Below, piece by piece: positions 27,641 to 38,600 of a stretch of DNA of 64,000 nt (position 1 is its first letter; each line of letters starts with the position of its first letter). Under the pieces are notes generated by a model. It ran no database searches and was not told where the DNA came from. It was given only the letters and a program-made list of their open reading frames with translations. Made by a program: the position numbers and the translations under genes. The stretch comes from Antedon mediterranea (lineage: Eukaryota > Animalia > Echinodermata): the NCBI RefSeq assembly GCF_964355755.1, contig NC_092670.1:38490388-38554387 (forward strand). Direction: 5' to 3'.

Positions 27641-28160
27641 AATTATTATTATTATTATTATTTTATTTATATAGCGCTTTTCCAAATTAGTATAAAATGA
27701 TCAAAGCGCTTTACATCAGCACACCTAACAATGAGTCACTTCTTAGGAAATAGATGTGTTTTAAGGGCTTTATTAAATTTTAAAACCGTGGTTTGTTCCC
27801 GGATCACAGACGGGAGTTCATTCCACATCACCGGTCCAAATTTTGAGAAAGTATTATTTCCAGAGGTCCGCTTTTCGAGACAATGATCCAATCTAGTGTG
27901 ATCTATCTCGGGCCTCAGGCCTCTCTTAGCACATCTATACACCCGTAAGAGATTGCTCAGATTACAGGGCGCATTATTATTTATACAATTGTAGACATGA
28001 AGTAACACTTTAAAAGTGATTCTACTTTCAACAGGTAGCCAATGCAATTCATAAAGCAGAGGTCTAGAACTAACAAACATAGGTACTTAGTAAATTAACC
28101 TGGCAGCCCGGTTCTGAAGCTTTTGTAATCTCGAAACGTTATGTTTGGACATTCCAACAA
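27641..28160 (-). mobile_element. 3' fragment of an L2/CR1-group LINE
   Basis: The ORF2 C-terminus reads LQNRAARL...ELHWLPVESRITFKVLL...WNELP...FNKALKTHLF, followed by a short 3' UTR with a GCGCTTT...AAAGCGC hairpin and an (AAT)n tail. Confidence 0.85.
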
Positions 28161-30084
28161 ATTTAATATGAAAGACTTTGATTGTTGATAAAAATTGAAT
28201 GTATAAAAATCCAAACTGAATATGACTAAAAATATAATATCAATACAAGAAAAAGATTGAAAAAGAATTTTATATAGCTTACATCCTACCAGTGGGACAG
28301 CCAGTCGACAAATCGTGTCAAATTTCGACTCGGAGAGGGCGCCCTACTTTTCTAATTTGGTTCAAAATTGCTAAATTTTAGGGTGTTGGAAAAACACAAT
28401 ATTTGTAATTTTAGCTGATTATCGGAAAAATATTGTTAGTGAAATAAATTCATAAATGGTTTTAATATATTGTCATGTAAAATTTAATGTATTTGAACAA
28501 AACGATAATCTGTAATTTAACGGCAAAATCAACCAATGTCTTTTTTCCGAAATTGTACCCTAGAAAATCGTTAAAATAAAATATTTAGAAAAATTGAACA
28601 GTCCTGAATTTAAAATCCCTGTTAGAAAAATTAATAATCTACAGTATACGATATTAAGATACAAAATTCGGTGGTTGGGATGCAGCTCCGACTATTCAAA
28701 CTAAAGGTACCACTATTTGTTCCATCGAAAACTAGCGAAACCGCCATTTTGTAAACACATCGTCATCGTGTTTATGAATTTATTTATAGAGCGAACGATA
28801 TACGCATGATATACGCGATGTTTATAATTGTCCGCGTATAAGAATTCATATAAATAATACATTCCAATACAACGTATAATATTATTACTTGTTTATTTAT
28901 CACAGTATACATTTTAGTTGAGGAATATTTTCATAACTATTATAATAGCTTTTATAAGAGTCCGAGGCCTAGCCCTATTAACGAGCGATTGTTCCAGGGG
29001 CGGAAAGTCACTTAGTGACGTTGTGATCGGGCGCGTAGGGCCTAGCTAATATTAAAAATATTACCTGAAATAAGCGGCTAACAAGAACTGTTATATACTT
29101 GCTTACAATTGTTTTGTTATTGATGAACAAACAAGCAATTAGATTGAATAACAAATTATTTATTCATTTTTTTGGGTAAAAACATGTACAAACTAGTAGT
29201 AGTACTGTATAATATAAATTAATAGTATATTAAACTAATACAGTATAAATAATAAAATATAAAATAGGCCTAACATACAATAAATATTCAATTTTTAAGG
29301 TCTATCACATGACAATAACATAATTTACAGAGTATAGTGTAGTAGGTTTGCATTCAACATAAATATTTATTCAACATTTTGTTTTAAATAATTAAATTAT
29401 AGTTTGGGTATTACAATGTCGGTAGGTACCGGTGTCATCTTTTTATCCACTTCACTCTCAGTTTGAAGTCACAAAGACAGAGAACTCTGCATCATCAACG
29501 ATTCCTGTAAGTGTCAGAAAAAATAATAAATATTATTTAAAAAAAAATGTTAATGTCTGGTTGTATATATAATTATAATATTATTATGATGACATAAAAG
29601 TAAGGCAAATAGAAGCTGTATTTTATTAATTAAATTACAGTATTTACTATTATTATTTATATAATCTAGGCCTACTAGTAGCCTAGCTAGGCATCTATTG
29701 AGCCTAATAAATCAAATAATAAATGAAAAATAAAATAATAATATTAATACTGATTGAAAAAAAGGATTTTTTGGGGCGGGGGATCAGATCACCAGGCTAG
29801 GCCGGTGTAAGATTGAAATGTGTCCATCATTCAAAAGTGTCCGGGTGGACACTTTTCAGCATTGGATAATGTCCAATTGCATGTTTCAACGGGTTCGCGG
29901 GCGTTTTCCAACAATTTAATGCTGTCCGGCGCGTTTAATAATGTCTGACCCTTGGATTGAATACCGTCCGTGGTTGAGATTTGAGATTCAGGTTTTGATC
30001 GTGATTGCGCATGCACTTGTCTTTTTTTAACGACCACTATTTGTTAATAATGCCAAACTAGTTTTTATTTTTCAAAGATAACTT

Positions 30085-33000
30085 GGCTTAAAACACCTCC
30101 AATTAGCGACCATTATATTATTTGGTATGAATAAAGACAAGAAGAATAAATAACAATATAATAATAATCATGTAATAAAAACAAGTAATTATACTGGTCC
30201 TCTTCCAATTAAAGAACACTTTAGTTTAGACACTTCCAATTAGCGACCATTTTTATTGTTTTGTATGAGTAAAGACAAGAGTAATAATAGTTTTTAATCA
30301 TGTGACAAAAAACAAGTAATTGTACTGGTCCTCTTCCAATTAAAGATCACTTAAAATTAAACACTTCCAATTAGCGACCGTTTTATTATTTTGTATGAGT
30401 AAAGACAAGAATAATAAATAGTTTATAATCATGTGATAAAAAACAAGTAATTGTACTGGTCCTCTTCCAATTAAAGATCACTTAAATTTAAACACTTCCA
30501 ATTAGCGACCGTTATTATTGTTTTGTATGAATAGAAACAAGAAGAATAAATAGATTTTAATCATGTGATAAAAAACAAGTAATTGTACTGGTCCTCTTCC
30601 AATTAAAGATCACTTTAATTTAAACACTTCCAATTAGCGACCGTTATATTATTTTGTATGAATAAAGGCAAGAATAATAAATAGATTTTAATCATATGAC
30701 AAAAAAACAAGTAATTGTACTGGTCCTCTTTCAATTAAAGATCACTTTACTTTAAGACACTTCCAATTAGCGACCGTTATATTGTTTTGTATGAGTACAG
30801 ACAAGAAGAATAAATAGATTTTAATCATGTGATAAAAAACAAGTAATTGTACTGGTCCTCTTCCAATTAAAGGTCACTTTACTGTAAGACACTTCCAATT
30901 AGCGACCGTTATATTATTTTGTATGAGTACAGACAAGAAGAATAAATAGATTTTAATCATGTGATAAAAAACAAGTAATTGTACTGGTCCTCTTCCAATG
31001 AAAGATAACTTTACTTTAAGACACTTCCAATTAGCGACCGTTATATTATTTTTTATGAATAAAAACATGAAGCATAAATAGTTTATAATCATGTGATATA
31101 AAATAAGTAATTGTACTGGTCTTCTTCCAATTAAAGATCACTTTACTTTAAGACACTTCCAATTAGCGACCGTTATATTATTTTGTATGAGTACAGACAA
31201 TTAGAAGAATAAATAGATTTTAATCATGTAATAAAAAACAAGTAATTGTACTGGTCCTCTTCCAATGAAAGATCACTTTACTTTAAGACACTTCCATTTA
31301 GCGACCGTTATATTATTTTGTATGAGTACAGACAAGAAGAATAAATAGATTTTAATCATGTGATAAAAAAACAAGTAATTGTACTGGTCCTCTTCCAATT
31401 AAAGATCACTTTACTTTAAGACACTTCCAATTAGCGACCGTTATATTATTTTGTATGAGTACAGACAAGAATAATAAATAGATTTTAATCATGTGATAAA
31501 AAATAAGTAATTGTACTGGTCCTCTTCCAATTAAAGGTCACTTTACTTCAAGAAACTTCCATTTAGCGACCGTTATATTATTTTGTATGAATAAAGACAA
31601 GAATAATAAATAGTTTATAATCATGTGATATAAAATAAGTAATTGTACGGGTACTCTTCCAATTAAAGGTCACTTTAATGTAAGACACTTCCAATTAGCG
31701 ACCGTTATATTATTTTGTATGAGTACAGACAAGAAGAATAAATAGATTTTAATCATGTGATAAAAAACAAGTAATTGTACTGGTCCTCTTCCAATGAAAG
31801 ATCACTTTACTTTAAGACACTTCCAATTAGCGACCGTTATATTATTTTTTATGAATAAAAACAAGAAGCATAAATAGTTTATAATCATGTGATATAAAAT
31901 AAGTAATTGTACTGGTCCTCTTCCAATTAAAGGTCACTTTACTGTAAGACACCTCCAATTAGCGACCGTTATATTATTTTGTATGAGTACAGACAATTAG
32001 AAGAATAAATAGATTTTAATCATGTGATAAAAAACAAGTAATTGTACTGGTCCTCTTCCAATGAAAGATCACTTTACTTTAAGACACTTCCATTTAGCGA
32101 CCGTTATATTATTTTGTATGAGTACAGACAAGAAGAATAAATAGATTTTAATCATGTGATAAAAAACAAGTAATTGTACTGGTCCTCTTCCAATTAAAGA
32201 TCACTTTACTTTAAGACACTTCCAATTAGCGACCGTTATATTATTTTGTATGAGTACAGACAAGAAGAATAAATAGATTTTAATCATGTGATAAAAAATA
32301 AGTAATTGTACTGGTCCTCTTCCAATTAAAGGTCACTTTACTGTAAGACACTTCCATTTAGCGACCGTTATATTATTTTGTATGAGTACAGACAAGAAGA
32401 ATAAATAGATTTTATTCATGTGATAAAAAACAAGTAATTGTACTGGTCCTCTTCCAATGAAAGATCACTTTACTTTAAAACACTTCCAATTAGCGACCGT
32501 TATATTATTTTTTATGAATAAAAACAAGAAGCATAAATAGTTTATAATCATGTGATATAAAATAAGTAATTGTACTGGTCCTCTTCCAATTAAAGGTCAC
32601 TTTACTGTAAGACACCTCCAATTAGCGACCGTTATATTATTTTGTATGAGTACAGACAATTAGAAGAATAAATAGATTTTAATCATGTGATAAAAAACAA
32701 GTAATTGTACTGGTCCTCTTCCAATGAAAGATCACTTTACTTTAAGACACTTCCATTTAGCGACCGTTATATTATTTTGTATGAGTACAGACAAGAAGAA
32801 TAAATAGATTTTAATCATGTGATAAAAAACAAGTAATTGTACTGGTCCTCTTCCAATTAAAGATCACTTTACTTTAAGACACTTCCAATTAGCGACCGTT
32901 ATATTATTTTGTATGAGTACAGACAAGAAGAATAAATAGATTTTAATCATGTGATAAAAAATAAGTAATTGTACTGGTCCTTTTCCAATTAAAGGTCACT

Positions 33001-33235
33001 TTACTTTAAGACACTTCCATTTAGCGACCGTTATATTATTTTGTATGAATAAAGACAAGAAGAATAAATACTAGTTAAGACAAAAAGAATAAATAGTTTA
33101 TAATCATGTGATAAAAAACAAGTAATTGTACGGGTCCTCTTCCAATTATAGATCACTTTAGTTTAAACACTTCCAATTAGCGACCGTTATATTATTTTGT
33201 ACGAGTAAAGACAAGAAGAATAAATAGTTTACTTG
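30085..33235. repeat. Tandem array of ~132-bp units (~24 copies) inside the Ginger element
   Basis: The unit GACACTTCCAATTAGCGACCGTTATATTATTTTGTATGAGTACAGACAAGAAGAAT...GTACTGGTCCTCTTCCAATTAAAGATCACTTT recurs; AGCGACC at 30901, 31033 and 31165 gives a period of 132. Confidence 0.97.
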
Positions 33236-33994
33236 TTTAATCCCCAATCAATTAAAAGTTGCACCTTTTTATAATCAACACGATATAGCTGATCTCTTGA
33301 AAAAACATAATCAGTTTTACTGAAGTATTATGTTAATTGGTACATTGATCGTCACATCGAGAATATGGTAGGGGTGTCACACTATGTGCGTCTAGGGTGA
33401 ATGCAAAGATAATGACATCGATATAGCGCCACATCAACACGTTTTTATGCACCTTTGGTGTAAGTATTTATTTTAGTATTTTGTCCTTAAATCAGAATTT
33501 ATATTCAAAGAAAAAATGACTTGTTATGTAAAAAAACAACAATTCGGTATCTGGAATCTTAAAATTAATGTATCTATAAAAATAATTAATATGGGATAGG
33601 CCTGAGACCTCATACATTTGTTAATAGGGCTACTTTATTGAACCTTCATTTTATCGGATGTTATAAGAACGCTTGCTTCAACCGATTCTTTTTTTGAACA
33701 GCATTTTGTTTAAAGGCGATTGTGTTATTTTCAATGTTTAATAAACTTCTGGAATTTCAGAGAAACCCATTTTAATAAACAAAAGCTTCTTATAAAATGT
33801 GCTTACTGGATAATGTTTCATACATGTTTGGCTGGTTCAAATTTACTTTACTTTTGCTTTTCCGCTACTCCCCTGTTATACTATATATTTGTTGTTATGT
33901 AGAAAGATTGAAAATAAATTCATTCATTCATTCTTCTTTTATTTCGAAAAAAAAAAATTCTCCATAGTTCAGTAACAAGTGTACATTATTGTAA

Positions 33995-34076
33995 ATATAA
34001 CAAATACATATACATATATATATATATATAATATATATGTATTTGTTATATTTACAATAATGTACACTTGTTACTG

Positions 34077-34120
<44 letters not shown>
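33995..34120. repeat. (TA)n microsatellite
   Basis: Pure and interrupted TA runs directly upstream of the tRNA-like tandem. Confidence 0.9.
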
Positions 34121-34121
<1 letters not shown>

Positions 34122-34195
34122 TGTGTTCCAACCGTACCACGCCGAGAATGTTAAAGGGTCGTTATCCGGTCGAGTTAAAGAACAATACCATGAAA

Positions 34196-34267
34196 GCCCC
34201 AGTGGTCTAATGGTTAGGGCAACTGCATATCAAGCCGACGGTCCGAGTTCGAGCCTCGGTTGGGGCG
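34196..34267 (+). tRNA. tRNA-like sequence copy 1 (degenerate anticodon stem; probably a SINE head or pseudo-tRNA)
   Basis: GCCCCAG/TTGGGGC acceptor stem, A box TGGTCTAATGG, B box GAGTTCGAGCC, followed by a T5 run. Confidence 0.55.
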
Positions 34268-34461
34268 ACTTTTTCTCATTCTCTCAGATTTCCTCATCTT
34301 TATCGTTTCAAAAATTAATTAAATCATTTTCAGTGTATCACCGGGCGGTTTGGAATTTATTTCTATGCCTGTTGTGTTTACAACTGAGGACTAGTGCTGT
34401 TCCGCCGTACCACGCCGAGAATGTTAAAGAGTCGCTATCCAATCGAGTTCGAACCGTGAAA

Positions 34462-34533
34462 GCCCCAGTGGTCTAACGGTTAGGACATCTGCATATCAAG
34501 CAGGCGGTCCGAGTTCGAGTCTCGGTTGGGGCG
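34462..34533 (+). tRNA. tRNA-like sequence copy 2, complete cloverleaf with anticodon ATC (Asp-type; likely tRNA-derived repeat)
   Basis: GCCCCAG TG GTCT AACGGTTA GGAC A TCTGC ATATCAA GCAGG CGGT CCGAG TTCGAGT CTCGG TTGGGGC G: all four stems pair over 72 nt, but position 32 is an atypical A. Confidence 0.6.
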
Positions 34534-35672
34534 ACTTTAACTCATTCTCACAGATTTCCTCATCTTTATCGTTTCAAATTAATTAATTAAATTTCAGTAT
34601 ATTACCGGGCGGTTTAGAATTAATGTTCTATGCTACATAGTCACGTGGTTAGAACAATAGTTTCATATATCTACTATGTAGATTGGATGAAGGAAAAGCA
34701 AATTCATGAATACATTACAAATAAATGTATGAATTGTGAATTACAAAAATATTAAATGTTGTTGTCTTGTCAGAATGAGTTGTAAATATGAACGAGTTTT
34801 GTAAACATAAATTATATATCATTGATCATTACTTATATTAACAGGATAAAATAATAATAGTGTAATAATAATGAACAATAGTTACAGAAAAATATTTATT
34901 TATTTATTTATTTATTGCTATTAAAACTTGTTTCAGTAAGTGTGTTTGTATTTATTTTACTTTGTTATTGATCATCATTGGTCTGGCTACCAATACATTG
35001 GAAGCACGCAAGCCTCGCTACCACGTCAAGGTTGATGATCATAGCGAGGGTAGGTTGCACGTTTGTATGTGCCCCTTTGACCAAAGAAAACATATTATAG
35101 AAGAAAATTGCATAACATTATGAAACAGAATCATATGAGTTGTAAATATGAAAAAGTTTTTTAAACATAAAAATACAATAAAAATAAACACTAGTTACAA
35201 TCTAATTCACGTACTTTTACCTTACCGGACCTTTAGTCGCGTTATTCTTTTATACAATCTGCTTTTTAATTAATTTTTTAATCCTTGTAGCGATCAAAGC
35301 AGGGCGCATGACACATCATTGCATGTTTACACTGGACACACTGTATTTGATCTGTTGTTACCTGCCATTAGACCCCTTGAGCCTTTGACGTACTTATGCT
35401 CAGATATTCGTCTTCCGTTGATTCAATGAAAGATGGTGACGCTTTAATTAGCCGCTGTGGTGAATCTATGTTCTTCTTTCTGGTCCGACAAATGCAATTG
35501 GTATTTCTTCGTCGATGAGTTTCAGACAAAGCCGACAATCTCCTCTTGACGGAAGCACCTGTAAAAAATCAAAGCATTAACGAAACTTACCTCTATAAGG
35601 TAAACAAATACCCTTTTCACCATTTAATGCTTCTGTGTATGTTGAGATTACCGGTCATAGGTAGGCCTACAG

Positions 35673-38600
35673 TTAAAGAGTGACGTTGTATGAATCAACA
35701 TATAATTGTCCAGGTACTTCATTGTTGCTCTGATGAATCCTTTCCGGGAAATGTTCCATGTCACAAAGCAAATTGAATATATTTGGATCGATATCATCTT
35801 TTAGATGGTTGACTGCTTCAATGTCATAATGTGTGTCCGTGAATTCAGATACGTATATAACGTCCATAATGCCTTCGGAACGCATTACCGCTTCATCTTC
35901 GTAATTATCTACCAGAGCAGCATTGAGGGTCACATCGGATACAATATCCCAGTATTTCCGTGCAAGGTGGTTTTTGATTGGTGCGTATGGTGTACGAGTG
36001 TATTTTAATTCAGCGTCATAAGTTTTCTTGTCTACATCCAGGACAGGCTCAAAGTGTGCACATAAGTTTGATAGGTAGATGTTTCTTTCAGATACTAAAT
36101 CACCAAACTGATTACTTATTGGTGCATATTTCAACCATTCATAATGTGGAAGCCCTTTCCTTCTTCCATATTTACTGTAAACATAAACATTCGTATTTGA
36201 CATGGTCGCAAATGCCATGATTTCGATGTCCGAACCCCATGTCCCATATTCCCCCATTCTCGTGTCTTCCACGTATCGTTCAAATGATCTGGATTCAATT
36301 TTTTCAAATAGGTTTTTGTTCATGGACATATAGTTTAGTATGTAATCCCGTACAACTACATGGTAGTTCTGGACACCAAAGAGAATATAACTCAAAGCCC
36401 TAAAAAGACAGTTGCCGTCCCCTCTCATATTAACAACTTTAGTAGGCCTGGCTGCCTTGTCCATTTCACATTTTAAGTGAGTTTTGTGAAAATTTTTGAC
36501 ATTGATACCAAATGGTGCTGCCTTTTCAAGCTGCCAATTGGCATCGACAGGAAAGAATAACTTTCTTGAAGTTTTCGTGTTGAGGTATACCACATCACTA
36601 TCAGATACAGGCCTACTGTTGTCATGGTCATCATCCGGTGTGACATTATCATTGTCTAATGTAGGTATGTTATCGTGATTATCCAGTGTGATATCATCGT
36701 TCTTGGATGTAGGTATGTTAATGTGATCATCCGGTGTGATATCATAATTCTTGGATGTAGGTCTGTTATCGTTATCATCAACATTCTTGGATGTAGGTAT
36801 GTTAATAATGTGATCATCCGGTGTGATATCACCATTCTTGGATGTAGGTATGTTATCATGGTGCGTTACTTCAGGTGGGATGTCTGGCGTTCGCTTTCGT
36901 TTCTTTGGAGGGAGATGCTTATCATTGGTATTACATTTCTGTTTAGTGCTTGATGATGGACAGTTCAAAGAGGTTGTTTTATCGGACTTGTAATGTCTGA
37001 TCTTGTTTCCGTTAACAATAGCCCTTCTTCCTTTTAGTCGATATGTATTGTGAGTGAGGACTTTTTCTATAATATATGGACCAGTCCATCGAGCATTAAG
37101 TTTGCCTCCCTTTCTTGACAAATTTCTGGAATTCTGCAAGAGCACTTGATCTCCTGCATAGTACGTGTTGCTTTTAACACCAGCATCATGATAATGTTTT
37201 TGCTTTTTCTGTGCTTTTTTGATATTTTCTGATGCCTTTCTCCTTGAATCTTTGAGTTTCAAAAAAGCGTCCACTCTTATTTTTAAAGGAACAGTTCCGG
37301 ATATGTCATCTTTATTAGACGAAACGATGGGAATACGTAATTCTACAGGCAACACAGCCTTTCTACCGTAAACTAATGAGAATGGGTCACATTTCGTAGA
37401 CTTGTGCTCGGATGTTCTGTAGGCAAACAACACGTATGGGAGTTGTATATCCCAGTCATTTTGGTCTGCGTTGGTCAACGTCATAAGCATTGTGCAAAGT
37501 GTTCTGTTAAAGCGCTCTGTTTGCCCGCCTGTTTGAGGATGGTATGGTGAGGCAACTCTGTGGTCTACCCCAATCAGCTTACAGAAGCTGTCATTCAGCT
37601 CATTACAAAACTCTCTACCCTGGTCTGTAATCAATATAGAAGGTGTTCCATGTCTGCAGACAAAATCAATAAAAGATCTCAGCACTGTTTTAGCAGATTT
37701 ATCTGGAATTGCATCAGCTTCCACCCATTTGGTAAGGTACTCCGTAAATACAAGTAAGTACCGATTACCTGAAACACAGCAAATAATAATATAATAAGCC
37801 GTAATAATAGTAGTGTCAAAATGTCATGATGAGATGTACAACACCCGAACTGTACGAATGAAATAACAATAATAATAACAATATTAATATCAATAAATAT
37901 AATAAGAACAAGAACAATAATAATATCGTGGATTTACATAGCGCCTAATGTTGTAAAACCTCTATGCGCTGAACAGTATTACCCCAGTCATGGTTTGGAT
38001 CAAATTAAAACAGGCAGAAATAAAGATTATTACAGTATAGCCATAATCGATGTAAATCCGGTGACAATAATAAGAGCATCTGATTCTTGGTAAATCTAGT
38101 TTTTGTTGACAGTGTAAAAAAGAGAACTGTCATAATTTTAGTTTAGTTAACAATTTCAAGAAACCTCACAGAAATTGCGCTTGTGCCTTTACAATAATAA
38201 ATTTAAGTTCAGCCCTATTACAATAAAGGCCGAACAGAACTAATTATTAACTGTAATTTTAGGCCCTGAAGAATGAATTACAAAGTTTTCTGAACGTATT
38301 TCATTCATGTCTTCTTGCTTTTTACTTTTACGTTTTGATTTAGCTTTTTTATCCAGTCACAGCATTTTTGTTTTTCAGTAATTTGTCATGAGATACCTTA
38401 CCATTTTCTGTCTTTACCAAAGGCCCAACAATATCCATACCGATCTGTCTGAAAGCAGTATCTGTTACGGGTATAGGTTGAAGTGGCACTTTTGCTTTTT
38501 TTAAAACTTCTTTCCGTTGGCACTGATCACAGGCGGCTATAAAATTACGAACACCATCAAATGACCCCTTCCAATAATACCTTTCGCGTATCTTTTTCCA

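Noticed and set aside
30085-33235. Regularly spaced repeats resembling a CRISPR array
   Set aside because: Whole units are near-identical with no unique spacers, no cas genes are present, and the context is eukaryotic. It is a satellite.
33979-34476. 165-aa plus-strand ORF
   Set aside because: It runs through (TA)n and the tRNA-like repeat and shows no protein signal.
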